Source: a virus
Reading direction: 5' to 3' (one strand)
DNA: 64,000 nucleotides
Virus record (IMG/VR): IMGVR_UViG_3300013132_000025
Span: 65,641-129,640 of that record
Positions 46,159 to 56,476 of the stretch are shown here, one piece after another. The notes beneath the pieces were generated by a model, which did not search any database, was not told the DNA's origin, and saw nothing but the letters and a program-made list of their open reading frames with translations. The translations under genes were made by a program, and so were the position numbers. Positions within the stretch are counted from its first letter, which is position 1, and every line of letters starts with the position of its first letter.

Positions 46159-46853
46159 TTAACCTCCGGTGGGGTTTCGTTTTGAACGCAATCCCAAACA
46201 TAAGACCACTTTTTATAGATATCTTGTATAAGATTTTCATCATATTCAATTGCAATTTCTCTAAGATCGTGAGCAGGAAGACCACCCTTTCCGGGGGAGC
46301 CTCCCTTTCTAATGCAAAGAATAAACGCTTTTCTAATTCCAGTCCAATCCATGTAGCAATTAACTTGGGCCGTCCATTTAGCAAGAGTTTGAGGGAAAGG
46401 CCCCGTATCAAACTCATTATCATTCATGGTCTTAAGATCAACAATATAATCTCCAACCTTCGGGAAGTTTACAATAAGGTCAAGAGTTCCCTTACCTGTC
46501 CAACCATCAGGATGTTCATACTTATATGATCTTTCTACATTTTCTGGTTTAGCATATCCCATCTCTACAATAATGCTTTGATAGTAAGCGTGCCAAAAAT
46601 GACCACAATCAAAAACGCGCCTAAGACCGGCAGATACTCTCTTGTTCTCTTGTCCGGTCAGACGCTTATATAATTCCATTGGAGATATTAAACAATCTCC
46701 TGATGGGTGAAAAAATTGATCTGGAGACCGTCTAAAATTTTCAATTTCAACAGTCCATTTGTCGGGGAACTCACCTTTGTTTTGATATTGGTCAATATAT
46801 GGGACCAGCAAGTTTCCCGTAGATAGTTTCTTTAATAAAGTTTTATTTAGCAT
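46155..46853 (-). CDS. Cas4-like PD-(D/E)xK exonuclease
   Basis: FHPS..C, FDCGHFWH, GTLD, VDLKT, QVNCYM. Confidence 0.75.
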   Translation of the reverse strand: MLNKTLLKKLSTGNLLVPYIDQYQNKGEFPDKWTVEIENFRRSPDQFFHPSGDCLISPMELYKRLTGQENKRVSAGLRRVFDCGHFWHAYYQSIIVEMGYAKPENVERSYKYEHPDGWTGKGTLDLIVNFPKVGDYIVDLKTMNDNEFDTGPFPQTLAKWTAQVNCYMDWTGIRKAFILCIRKGGSPGKGGLPAHDLREIAIEYDENLIQDIYKKWSYVWDCVQNETPPEVK

Positions 46854-47194
46854 TCTTCAAGCAATTCCAAGTCGTCGTGAATTGATCTAACAACAAGATC
46901 AATTGATTCTCCAGTCTCTAACTGGAAACGAATAAACATTGTTGGTCTGCGATTCTGTTCTTGCGCTTCTTCAACAATCTTTTGCCATGTTTCTAACTTA
47001 ATTGAGTAAGACTTCTTTTCTGTTGCCTTACACTCTGCGGTAAAGTCAAAGTTGTCTCCAACTTCAAACCTAACATCACCTCGGTCTGACCAAGAGGCTC
47101 CTGAAGATGCTGACCTTCTGCCCCCATACATTCTGGCTATATATCCTTCATGCCTTTGGGCTAGTGCAGTTGTTGTTTTTGCTCTACTTTGCAT
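46847..47194 (-). CDS. Hjc-like PD-(D/E)xK resolvase/endonuclease
   Basis: E..IA..GGRR..SGA..GDV..AECK. Confidence 0.7.
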   Translation of the reverse strand: MQSRAKTTTALAQRHEGYIARMYGGRRSASSGASWSDRGDVRFEVGDNFDFTAECKATEKKSYSIKLETWQKIVEEAQEQNRRPTMFIRFQLETGESIDLVVRSIHDDLELLEEC

Positions 47195-47217
47195 TTAAAC
47201 CTCTTATAGTAAATATA

Positions 47218-47421
47218 TCATAAAATCGAACCACCGTCGTCTTCCCAACGATTTATTTGTTCATCATATTCTTCAAACCAATACTTAAACATCTTTAAGT
47301 ATTCTTCGTTGGGCATATCTCTATATTCCCAAGCCAGCCTAATCATGTTTATAATTTTAGGATCTTTAGACAGTGAGTTCGACTGAAACATCTCTAAACA
47401 TTTCTTTTCTGAGTTTGTCAA
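47218..47421 (-). CDS. Small hypothetical protein ending WEDDGG
   Basis: Start uncertain; overlaps recA end. Confidence 0.4.
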   Translation of the reverse strand: MTNSEKKCLEMFQSNSLSKDPKIINMIRLAWEYRDMPNEEYLKMFKYWFEEYDEQINRWEDDGGSIL

Positions 47422-48385
47422 TATTATCAGGATCTGATTTCAGGAAATCAACAAGGGCTGTCCGTCCTTGATAACTTTCATCCCAAAGATCGTACCATGA
47501 ACCTCTTTGCTTTACCAGACCCATACGCAAAGCAACACCAACGGTAGATTCAACGATATCAATACCAACATCATTGTTCTCCGTCTTCGTGTGATACAAG
47601 TCCCATTCAGCATTACGCTTAGGAGGACTGACCTTTGATTTATTTATAGTTGCTACTGGACGAAAACCGATTTCAACAGGATCGGTTTCTCCGGGGACCG
47701 TAGCCTTCTTGATTCCAGCAGCGTTGCCTTTCTTGACCTGAATAATAACAGCACAAGCATGATGAAGCGCATGACCACCCGGAGCATGGACAATAGGAAG
47801 GCCTTGGCGATTCGCAGTATCACGCACTTGATTAAGCAACAGGAATGCTTGCTTTGTTTTTGCAATGCGAGGAAGAAGTTGCTTAACCATCTGAGTAATA
47901 ATTCCAGATTGTCCGTATGCTTGCTTCTTGCCATCTTCGTCTAGTTCTCGCTCAGAAGCCATCGCTCCAATTGAATCTACAACGACTATCCCCAACGCAT
48001 CTTCTTGAGCAAAGTGTACAGCATGTTTAGATGTGTCTTCTGCCGACTCTGGAGTGGTGACAATCAGACGATCAACGTCAACGCCAAAACTCTTAGCAAA
48101 CTCTGGGTCAAAAGAACCCTCAAGGTCTACATAAGCGGCATATTCTCCATTCTTCTGTGCTTCAGCAACGGCCAAATAAGCCATCACCGATTTGCCGACA
48201 CTCTCTGGCCCGAAAACCATAGTGATGCCACCTTTGGGATATCCACCAATACCTAAAGCATAATCAAGGGAAGGGATACCTGATGAAGATGCTTCTACTT
48301 TCACCGTTTCGCTCGCAATTCTAACATTATCAGAACCAAACTCTTTCGCGGCCTTCTTCATAATATCGTCTACTGCTACTGTCAT
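47366..48385 (-). CDS. recA: RecA-family recombinase
   Basis: SSGIPSLDYALGIGGYPKG, FGPESVGKS, VVVDSIGAM, LNQVRD, PGGHAL. Confidence 0.93.
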   Translation of the reverse strand: MTVAVDDIMKKAAKEFGSDNVRIASETVKVEASSSGIPSLDYALGIGGYPKGGITMVFGPESVGKSVMAYLAVAEAQKNGEYAAYVDLEGSFDPEFAKSFGVDVDRLIVTTPESAEDTSKHAVHFAQEDALGIVVVDSIGAMASERELDEDGKKQAYGQSGIITQMVKQLLPRIAKTKQAFLLLNQVRDTANRQGLPIVHAPGGHALHHACAVIIQVKKGNAAGIKKATVPGETDPVEIGFRPVATINKSKVSPPKRNAEWDLYHTKTENNDVGIDIVESTVGVALRMGLVKQRGSWYDLWDESYQGRTALVDFLKSDPDNIDKLRKEMFRDVSVELTV

Positions 48386-51300
48386 GTAAGTTCCTCCATG
48401 CTAACAAGATTGACTCCACGATTGGTTGTTTTTAACATCGCCAAGACTGGAGTGCATTCTTCCATTATACCAGAGAACGCCATAAGTTGTTGTTCAAAAG
48501 CAGCAAACTCTACTGTCTGATCACCATACTCCATTGTCAACCATGCCATATCCTGACCTTTCTTTGTCTTCGTCTTTCTGACTGATTTAATTTCTCCAGC
48601 AATCATATACTTACCATTTGAAGAACGTAGTTCGGAATAGTCTGCACATTCCTCTTCGATAACTTCTCTATACTTATCTAGAATTTTAGGAGCGTCGTTG
48701 GTAAGAATAATTCCTAGCAATTCTTTTTCAAATTCGCGTCTTTCTCTCTTTGATATGGCGCGATCTTCAAAGGCGTCAAATGCACCAGCGTTATAAAGAG
48801 CCTTAGCCTTGTTTGCTCCTAACCTTTGCTTTGGAGAGGGGCCATCAACATCCCCCTCTTTCTTTTTCTTCAAGAACTCTTTATTTTGTTCTTCAAGAAC
48901 TTCGATCATGTGATCAAAACTGTCAAAGGGTCTGTTTTCAATAACCCATTCAGCACCCTTTGAAACTCCCTTGATATCTTTTAGGCCAAGGTAGATTTCT
49001 CCATCAATAATGTCGGTCTCGTAAAGAGACTTGTTAATATCTGGTGGATTTACCTTGATACCCATTCTCTGAGCCTCAGCAATAAACCTAGGAACGTCTT
49101 CTCTCTTGTCTTCCTTACGAATACATGCAAGGAGGTATTCTGCTGGGTAGAAATACTTAGTCCACAAAGTCCATAGGGTAATGATGCCATAGGCTACCGA
49201 GTGAGCCTTATTAAACGCATACTTAGAGAACCCCAACAATTCTTGCCACAGTTCGTTTGCGCTCTTTTCATCCATATGATCAGTTGCCCGTTCCATGTAG
49301 CGGGGATAGAAGTCTTCCATCTCTCTCACCTTCTTCTTACCCATAATGCGGCGAACATCATCAGCCTCTTCCAGTGAGAAACCCATTTTGGTAAACAAAG
49401 AAATAACTTGCTCTTGGTAAACAAAAACGCCATATGTATCTTTAACAATATCCTCAATGAAGGGGTGAAGAACTTGGTACTCTGCTCCCTCACGGCGGTC
49501 TAGATACATATCAACATATCCCGCCCTGAGTGGACCCGGACGGTTAAGAGCGACAAGAACGGCAAGGTCTTCTACGTTTCTACACTTCATACGAGATGCG
49601 ATCTTCTTAGCAATTCCGCCATCTTCTACCTGAAATACACCAACAGTTAAACCGCGATCTAGAAGATCCCAGAATTCTTTGTCGTCAATATCTTTATCAT
49701 GATGCAACTTCTTAAAATCCCAATCAACGCCGTAATCTCTTTCAATAAGGAGATTTGCTTCCTTTAGGATAGAAAGATTCTTCAAGGCAAGGAAATCCAA
49801 CTTCATAAAGCCAAGGCTTTCTACTTCATGCATATCAAACTGAGTGGCGATTTCGCCTTCTTTTCTTCCCGCACTCTTGTCTACTCGCAGGGGGCAAATC
49901 GCAGCCAAAGGCTCGTCACCAACGACAAATCCACTAGCATGAATACTACTAGCAAAGATCCGGCCATGGAGGTCTCCTGCTAACTCAAACAAATCGGGGT
50001 ACTTTGCCATCCAGCCCTGAAGTTCACCAACTTCAATAATATCGTCCCAATCCGCCATTAGGCCAGCGTCTGTTGTGGTATCAATAATGGTCTTTATGTC
50101 TTCAATATCACGCATTGGAATTTCTAGATACTTACCGACACGCTCAATAGCAGATTTGCCGTGCAACTTCATAACAGTTCCAATGTGAGTTACACAATCG
50201 TCGCCAAAAGTGTCGCGCATGAATTGCTTGATCTTATCACGGTCTTCAATAGCAAAGTCTGTATCAATATCGGGAAGACCACCCCTCTCACGACCCTTGT
50301 TATAGAACCTCTCAAAAATAAGTCCATATTCAACGGGATCAATGTCGGTAATGCCTAGCAGATACGCCACCAGACTTCCTCCGACCGAACCACGACCCGG
50401 GCCGCGAACAATGTCATTATTATCTGCATGTTCGTTTACAAGATGCTCAATCAAAAAGAAGTCAACAAGATCTGCTTCAAATATAGTTGCCATCTCTTTT
50501 TCAACGCGCTCCATATAGCGGCCATCATCGTCTAAATGAGCAACCTTGTCAAAGTATCCCTTTTCAACAAAAGAAACAAATCGGTCATTACCCTCGGTAC
50601 CCCAAGTTGGGATACGCTTCCTCTTTGTGGGAAGTTCCACTTCACTCATCTCTGCGATGGTGTGAGTATTGCTAATAGCCTCGTCAACCGCACTCTTAGG
50701 CAGGTAACTAAGCGCATCTCGGATTCCTTGCTCATCCAAAATCCATAGCGAAGGTGGGTGATTTCTTTCGGCCTCAGAGGCCTTCTTACGCATTGACATA
50801 TTTACAAATGCTTCGTGATTATGATACTGCTCTCCACATGCGTAGTGCGCGTCCGTTGCATAAACGAATGGAACACCCTTCTTCTGCCCGAGCCTAACCA
50901 ACTCAGCATTTACATTACGCTGAGTGTCGCTATCATAGGTGTGAAGTTCAAGATAAAATCTATCGCCAAAGATATTTAGGTACTGATCAAGAACACTCTC
51001 TGGATCTTGCTCTTTCATGATTGCTGAAGCAACCTTGCCAGCGAGGCAGGCTGAAGTGAGAATAAGACCCTCGTTATGCTCTTCAAGAATTTCCCAATCA
51101 ACGCGAGGCTTATGGTAAAAGCCTTCTAGATATGCTCTTGTAGAAAGCGTCCACAGATTGTTTAGACCTTTCTGATTATAGGCAATAATGATCAGATGGC
51201 TTCTATCATTCTCAGGCCGATTGCCTTTGAGGTCTGACTTGTGGTGAGTCTTTCGATCATCTCTTGCTTGATAAGACTCAATCCCGAGAATAGGCTTAAT

Positions 51301-51471
51301 ACCTTGTTCGGTTGCTTTTCTGTAAAACTCAACGTGACCAGCAACGGTCCCGTGATCTGTCAGAGCAACCGCATCTGAACCAATCTCTTTTACGCGATCT
51401 AGAATTTCATCAATGGTAGCATAGCCATCAAAAATGGAATAATGACTGTGTTGATGAAGTGGAACTGCCAA
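48382..51471 (-). CDS. dnaE: DNA polymerase III alpha subunit
   Basis: LHQHSHYSIFDG, ALTDHG, GPGRGSVGGSLVAY, PDIDTDF, KLDFLAL, YAFNKAHS; no intein apparent. Confidence 0.96.
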   Translation of the reverse strand: MAVPLHQHSHYSIFDGYATIDEILDRVKEIGSDAVALTDHGTVAGHVEFYRKATEQGIKPILGIESYQARDDRKTHHKSDLKGNRPENDRSHLIIIAYNQKGLNNLWTLSTRAYLEGFYHKPRVDWEILEEHNEGLILTSACLAGKVASAIMKEQDPESVLDQYLNIFGDRFYLELHTYDSDTQRNVNAELVRLGQKKGVPFVYATDAHYACGEQYHNHEAFVNMSMRKKASEAERNHPPSLWILDEQGIRDALSYLPKSAVDEAISNTHTIAEMSEVELPTKRKRIPTWGTEGNDRFVSFVEKGYFDKVAHLDDDGRYMERVEKEMATIFEADLVDFFLIEHLVNEHADNNDIVRGPGRGSVGGSLVAYLLGITDIDPVEYGLIFERFYNKGRERGGLPDIDTDFAIEDRDKIKQFMRDTFGDDCVTHIGTVMKLHGKSAIERVGKYLEIPMRDIEDIKTIIDTTTDAGLMADWDDIIEVGELQGWMAKYPDLFELAGDLHGRIFASSIHASGFVVGDEPLAAICPLRVDKSAGRKEGEIATQFDMHEVESLGFMKLDFLALKNLSILKEANLLIERDYGVDWDFKKLHHDKDIDDKEFWDLLDRGLTVGVFQVEDGGIAKKIASRMKCRNVEDLAVLVALNRPGPLRAGYVDMYLDRREGAEYQVLHPFIEDIVKDTYGVFVYQEQVISLFTKMGFSLEEADDVRRIMGKKKVREMEDFYPRYMERATDHMDEKSANELWQELLGFSKYAFNKAHSVAYGIITLWTLWTKYFYPAEYLLACIRKEDKREDVPRFIAEAQRMGIKVNPPDINKSLYETDIIDGEIYLGLKDIKGVSKGAEWVIENRPFDSFDHMIEVLEEQNKEFLKKKKEGDVDGPSPKQRLGANKAKALYNAGAFDAFEDRAISKRERREFEKELLGIILTNDAPKILDKYREVIEEECADYSELRSSNGKYMIAGEIKSVRKTKTKKGQDMAWLTMEYGDQTVEFAAFEQQLMAFSGIMEECTPVLAMLKTTNRGVNLVSMEELT

Positions 51472-51482
51472 CTTAACTTCTC

Positions 51483-52028
51483 CTAAATTTCATAATGTAT
51501 TTGGCCTTTGCCTTTAGTAACACGAGCCTCTTTAGCGAGTTTATCACAATATTCATTGAACTTATCACCACTATGCGCCTTAACTTTAATGCACTCTACT
51601 GGATTAAATTTAAGCAGGTATGTCAACTCTCTCCAGTAAGCGGAGTTAGGAGTTGGGATTCCATTCTTTTTAACCCAACCGTTTTTTTCCCAATCTTTCC
51701 ACCATCCATGACGCAGAGTGTTAATCATGTAAGCAGAATCTGAATATAAATTGATTTGACATTTTTGAGGAGCGAGATGCCAAATACCCTCAATGGCTGC
51801 TTTCAACTCCATACTATTATTTGTGGCGATGGGTTCATACCCATAATCTTGGGTGAGAAAACCTTCTTCTGAGTATATCACATAAGCCCAACCGCCTTCG
51901 TGAGTTATGTGAGAAGAAGAACCATCTGTATATAAATGATAGAGGGGGAGGTCTTGCCTCCCCCTCTTTTTGCTTTTAGGACCGCTCTGCTGCCTGTCGC
52001 TTAATGCGCTGGAAAGCAGTTTCTGCAT
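51483..52028 (-). CDS. rnhA: Ribonuclease HI (start uncertain)
   Basis: LYTDGS, TNNSMELKAA, YSDSAY, KVKAHSG..NEYCDKLA. Confidence 0.9.
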   Translation of the reverse strand: MQKLLSSALSDRQQSGPKSKKRGRQDLPLYHLYTDGSSSHITHEGGWAYVIYSEEGFLTQDYGYEPIATNNSMELKAAIEGIWHLAPQKCQINLYSDSAYMINTLRHGWWKDWEKNGWVKKNGIPTPNSAYWRELTYLLKFNPVECIKVKAHSGDKFNEYCDKLAKEARVTKGKGQIHYEI

Positions 52029-52842
52029 CCTCTTCTGCTTCTGAGTCTTCCGTCCTGCGACGGGGGACTTCTGTGCCACTATTGCTCTCTTCCTTGTTTA
52101 CAAACTTCTGGTGCTGCTTCTGCCACAACTCTGGATTGCCAAAGTAGGTGTCATAGCGCTCCTTAGATCCAAGATTCTCTAGAACTTCATGAATCGTTGG
52201 AATCTTCATGTTAGAGTAGTCAACATCTTCCGCCTTATCTACTTCATACCCATGATAAATAGTTGACTGATCGTTACCTTCACGAATGATCTTCCACGGG
52301 TTAGCGGTGATTGGGCCAATCTGGTCATTATGGCTAGCGAACTGCTGCCAAAAATTCTGAGCAGCCTGAAAAACAACAACAACTTCAGGATAGAAAATAG
52401 TAGTTCCATCCTTAGTCGTATATTCATTTCCCTTAACTTCAAAAGAAGAAATATCTGAGATACGGCTGCTCTTTGCTGAAGAATCAAAAACTGGCTCTAG
52501 GCCAACCGCTACCGCAGCAAAGTTTTCCTTGGGAACGTGCCCAAGTTCATCACAGATAACACACTTGCCATCAGCATCATCCCAAGCATCCATCTTGCGA
52601 CAGGCAAAGTCGCGGTAGCCTTTTCCAAGACTACCATCATCCTTTTCCCACGCAACCTGAACGAAACGGTGCAGGCTAACAAGAGGCACATCTTCAATAT
52701 CAGTAAAAAACTGAATGTACGACTCCTGACCATCCTTTAGAGAAAAGAACGGCATAAAGTCAGTAGGCTTTGAGCGAGCGGTTCCTCCACCGCCCTGACT
52801 CTTCTGCTTGATTAGATTACTTCCACCCTTAAATGTCGGCAT
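51976..52842 (-). CDS. Single-stranded DNA-binding protein (gp32-like)
   Basis: FFSLKDG..IQF, H..C..C..C, acidic C-tail; in replication block. Confidence 0.65.
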   Translation of the reverse strand: MPTFKGGSNLIKQKSQGGGGTARSKPTDFMPFFSLKDGQESYIQFFTDIEDVPLVSLHRFVQVAWEKDDGSLGKGYRDFACRKMDAWDDADGKCVICDELGHVPKENFAAVAVGLEPVFDSSAKSSRISDISSFEVKGNEYTTKDGTTIFYPEVVVVFQAAQNFWQQFASHNDQIGPITANPWKIIREGNDQSTIYHGYEVDKAEDVDYSNMKIPTIHEVLENLGSKERYDTYFGNPELWQKQHQKFVNKEESNSGTEVPRRRTEDSEAEEDAETAFQRIKRQAAERS

Positions 52843-52903
52843 TTTGTCTCACCTTTCTCTGTGTTAATGACTTGCCTTTATAGGTTTACTATAGCATATC
52901 AAG

Positions 52904-53107
52904 TTATTTAGTTTTATTCAACTCTTGGTTAAGTTCTTCTCTTTCTTCTTTGGTTAACTGATCGTAAACAACTTTGCCTACTCTTTTAAAGTAATTTTGT
53001 ACGATTTCAGTTTCAACCTGAATAGATTCAGAACTGGTAAATTTGGTAAAAGCCACTATTTCCTCCAATGGATATAGTATTGTGCTTTGTTTAGATACCC
53101 CTCCCAT
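52904..53107 (-). CDS. Small hypothetical protein
   Basis: Start uncertain (likely ~53056). Confidence 0.4.
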   Translation of the reverse strand: MGGVSKQSTILYPLEEIVAFTKFTSSESIQVETEIVQNYFKRVGKVVYDQLTKEEREELNQELNKTK

Positions 53108-54030
53108 TCCTCAAAAGGAACATCGGCAGGATCGCCTTTTGGAACATCTACGGGAGGGACAATGTAAACTTCACAATGATCCTTCAATAAATTAAGGGCC
53201 GTGCGAGTCGCTTTTGCTCCTGCCTCATCATTATCAAACCATAAGAAAACATTGTCATATTTCCATAACATTCTCATTTGATCTTGGTTTATTGATGCCC
53301 CAAAAGTGGCGACAACATTATGATAACCAACACCCCACATGATAGCCGCAGTCTTTGGAGACTCCACAACGATGACATAATTAGAGTCTTGATGACAATC
53401 ACAATCTCCGTGATATAAGGTCTCGCTTTTAGGAAATTCTGGAGTATTGAGATACTTGGCTTTTTTCTCTCCAGTTAAATCTCTGATTTGCCACCCGACA
53501 ACCTTACCTGAGACAAAGTGAGGAAAAATTATCCCCTCTCTTTCTCTGTCGTATGAGATTCTAAAATGTTCTATTGCTTCATCATTTAGCCCTTGCTTAT
53601 ACATCCAAGGATGCTTGTTTGGCACATCAGATATTTCATAGTTTGGAAATTCCTTCTCCAAAAGCGAGGTTGGGAGAGGTTCGGTATCGTCTATTCGCTT
53701 AAGAAATTCTTCTTTATCCCACTCATCATCAATATCGTTTAGATACTTATCTTCTATCCATCGCTCGGCCTCTTCATAAGAATCAAAACCTTTAATCTGA
53801 TGAACAAAATTGACAATATTACCACCCCCGCAGGCAAAGCAATGGTAAAGCCCATACTTAAGAGATGTGGGATTTATATTTATGCTAAAACTGGGATTTC
53901 TATCATTATGAAAGGGACAGGGACACCACAACTCGCCGCGTGAATCCTCAAAGAATTCAGCGTCGTGGGTGTCCTTGACAATTTGTTCTATCGGAAGTTT
54001 ATTCCGACGCTCTTGAAACAATCGGCCCAT
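53056..54030 (-). CDS. dnaG: DNA primase (CHC2 Zn finger + TOPRIM)
   Basis: CPFHNDRNPSF..YHCFAC, KYLN, VVES, FDNDEAG. Confidence 0.9.
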   Translation of the reverse strand: MGRLFQERRNKLPIEQIVKDTHDAEFFEDSRGELWCPCPFHNDRNPSFSININPTSLKYGLYHCFACGGGNIVNFVHQIKGFDSYEEAERWIEDKYLNDIDDEWDKEEFLKRIDDTEPLPTSLLEKEFPNYEISDVPNKHPWMYKQGLNDEAIEHFRISYDREREGIIFPHFVSGKVVGWQIRDLTGEKKAKYLNTPEFPKSETLYHGDCDCHQDSNYVIVVESPKTAAIMWGVGYHNVVATFGASINQDQMRMLWKYDNVFLWFDNDEAGAKATRTALNLLKDHCEVYIVPPVDVPKGDPADVPFEEWEGYLNKAQYYIHWRK

Positions 54031-55234
54031 TGAATGTAAACTGTGTCTTGTTTTGTAGGTTTACTTTAATGCCCCAAGTAGCGTTGCTCTTACAGTAACG
54101 CCCTTCTAGGATCCTCATTCTCACGATGTTAAGATCTGCCTCATCTTCGTTCCTATGAAGCGCAACAAGTAGATCGGCAGTTTCCTCAATTGATCGTGAT
54201 AGACCAATCTTATCAGCCCCAGCAAGATCTTCCAACTGTGCTGCCTCACGATTAAATTGGCAGACACAGATATAAGGAATCTCTTGCTTAGTAGCCGCAA
54301 CCTTCATTGCGTGAACAATTGTTTTTGTATTCTCGTCTGCGCGTCCAACATTTTTCTCTGGATGCACAAAAGAAAGTTGATCAACGAGAACAACATCAGC
54401 ATTTACTTTTTCTGATTCAAGAACAAAACTAGACACCTTCCGATCCTCAAATCCGGGGTGAATAATATACGCGGGTCCAAGAGAGTTGAACTCGACCATC
54501 GCTTCTTCAATCTGCTTCCACTCAGACGGCATAAGTGAGTTTTTTACCATTCGGGTGTAACTAACTCCACTTACCAAGCACATCAAACGCTTATACATAT
54601 CCTTTTCTGTGAGTTCCAGAGTAAAGAGAACGGGCACTAGTCCTTGACGCCTCTGCTCTACAAAAGCATTAAGCAAAAACCACGACTTAAACCTCTTTGG
54701 ACGAGCAACAAAGAATGTCAAGTGACCGGGACCAGCCCCACCAGTATGTTCATCAACATCTGGAAAGCCATAAGTTGCTCCCTGCTCATTCTTCTCTGCA
54801 TAAATCTTAAACTCTTCAATAAGTTCCTTGTAATCCTCAGAGGCAAGGATATGCTTTTTACTGCTTACCTGAGACCACACCTCGTGGGCGCGGGAGATAA
54901 GAGCGTCAACAAAATCATTAGGATCCTTAGTATCAGCAAGTTCTTCAATGATTTCCTTGTGCTTAGAACGCACATAGCGCATCTTAAGTTTGTCAGCAAG
55001 GAACTGAGGATCAACTGTTGTTCCAGTACGAACAATTTCCCATTCACTATCAATCGTCGCCTCATTTGGCGGCTTGCCATAGTCGTGGAGATAGTCAAAG
55101 ATAAACTGCACAAGAGGGCGCAGTTTAGAATCCTTGATCATATTGGGGCCAACACCTGCGGCCTTAAGTTCGACTAGATTTTCAGGTACGAGAGCCTGCT
55201 GAACAAATTCATTATCAAGATCAAGTACACTCAT
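53999..55234 (-). CDS. dnaB: DnaB-like replicative helicase
   Basis: VARPKRFKS, FTLEL, VLVDQL, QFNR, SRSIEETAD. Confidence 0.85.
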   Translation of the reverse strand: MSVLDLDNEFVQQALVPENLVELKAAGVGPNMIKDSKLRPLVQFIFDYLHDYGKPPNEATIDSEWEIVRTGTTVDPQFLADKLKMRYVRSKHKEIIEELADTKDPNDFVDALISRAHEVWSQVSSKKHILASEDYKELIEEFKIYAEKNEQGATYGFPDVDEHTGGAGPGHLTFFVARPKRFKSWFLLNAFVEQRRQGLVPVLFTLELTEKDMYKRLMCLVSGVSYTRMVKNSLMPSEWKQIEEAMVEFNSLGPAYIIHPGFEDRKVSSFVLESEKVNADVVLVDQLSFVHPEKNVGRADENTKTIVHAMKVAATKQEIPYICVCQFNREAAQLEDLAGADKIGLSRSIEETADLLVALHRNEDEADLNIVRMRILEGRYCKSNATWGIKVNLQNKTQFTFNGPIVSRASE

Positions 55235-56007
55235 CTGATTGGTCGGACTTCCTTGTTAGAAATTAGCATATTAACAACATCTTTTGCGGTAGACGCACGA
55301 ACGTCTGTACCAGATACTAGCACAGGAATCTGAACCATGTTGAGAAGACTCCAAACTCTAGGATAAAGTTTTTCATGTTCTTCTGAAGATAGGTTCGTTC
55401 CAATTAGCGTAGGTAAACTATTTTCTACACGGTAACGAATGACTGCCTCATAAACATCTGAAAAAAATTCATGCTGCCTTACAGACATTGGCTCAATAAC
55501 CTCGTCAAGTGCAAATATCTCTGATGAACGAACTGCTTCCATTAAAGCAACTTTGTTTTCACCATTACTATAGCGATCAACAATGCTAGTAAAAGATTCA
55601 AACCACGCCTTATAACCATTCTTCACCAACTCCTTAAGAATAAGGATTTGAGCAAAAGTTTTTCCTGTCCCAAGCGGGCCATAAAACGTTAGCCCTCTGC
55701 CGTAACGAGAATTAAACTCAAAGTTATTAATATAATCCTCAAGGAAGATTCTTAGTTCATCTTTTTCTTCATAGAGGTCATCAAATGAAAGAGAGTGATA
55801 GCGGATACCAATATTTGCATATAGATAATGCCTACGAAGACCTTTTTGAATATCACAATCACATTCATTTTCCTTACTATTAAAGAAATAAATTCCTGAA
55901 TCGTTGCATGTTGGGCAAACACTTGCTTTTGCTCTAAGAGTTGGGAATCTTTTCCATAAGTTTTCATATTCCGTGCTTGGAATGCTTCTCCACACGATAT
56001 CAGTCAA
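55231..56007 (-). CDS. DnaC/IstB-like helicase loader ATPase
   Basis: CPTC..CDC, YGPLGTGKT, ALDEV, R..NSLPTLIGTN. Confidence 0.85.
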   Translation of the reverse strand: MTDIVWRSIPSTEYENLWKRFPTLRAKASVCPTCNDSGIYFFNSKENECDCDIQKGLRRHYLYANIGIRYHSLSFDDLYEEKDELRIFLEDYINNFEFNSRYGRGLTFYGPLGTGKTFAQILILKELVKNGYKAWFESFTSIVDRYSNGENKVALMEAVRSSEIFALDEVIEPMSVRQHEFFSDVYEAVIRYRVENSLPTLIGTNLSSEEHEKLYPRVWSLLNMVQIPVLVSGTDVRASTAKDVVNMLISNKEVRPIR

Positions 56008-56476
56008 CTTTTATTATCCTATCATTAATTTTTTGATCGAAGAAAACTTGCCTAATCGCTTTATCAATTTGTTGATTAATCTCATCTTTTCCTTGGTATG
56101 GCAAGTAGTATATTTCATCATACCACAATGAGTCATTGATTATCTGGTTAAGTAGAGCGCTTGGCCATAGAAGTCTCATCATCTTGTCTTCATCATTACC
56201 TACAAAATTTGCTTTGAAAACAAAGTGGGCTAAAGTGTAAAGCGGGCTTGAAGTAATAACATACCCCTCTTCTTTATACTTATATTCATTTTCTAGAATA
56301 TTGCCCACGAACATCATATCAACACGATAATCTGACAGGTGGCCAAGGGCGAGACCAGTTTTCTTTATATATTTTTGCGGAAGATTGTCAACTAATTGCA
56401 AACTTTTATCAGTTGCAATTTTTTTAGCAAATTTTGTTTTACCTGATTTTGACGCTCCAATTACGCAGACCTTCAC
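56000..56476 (-). CDS. P-loop kinase/AAA (NadR-like) protein
   Basis: VIGASKSGKTK, YDEIYYLP. Confidence 0.6.
   Translation of the reverse strand: MKVCVIGASKSGKTKFAKKIATDKSLQLVDNLPQKYIKKTGLALGHLSDYRVDMMFVGNILENEYKYKEEGYVITSSPLYTLAHFVFKANFVGNDEDKMMRLLWPSALLNQIINDSLWYDEIYYLPYQGKDEINQQIDKAIRQVFFDQKINDRIIKVD

Noticed and set aside
46155-46853. Cas4-like gene as evidence of a CRISPR system
   Set aside because: No repeat-spacer array or other cas genes; solo Cas4-like nucleases are common in phage recombination blocks.
41975-55234. Inteins or introns in TerL, RecA, DnaE, DnaB
   Set aside because: Lengths are normal and no C..HN splice motifs or interruptions were seen.
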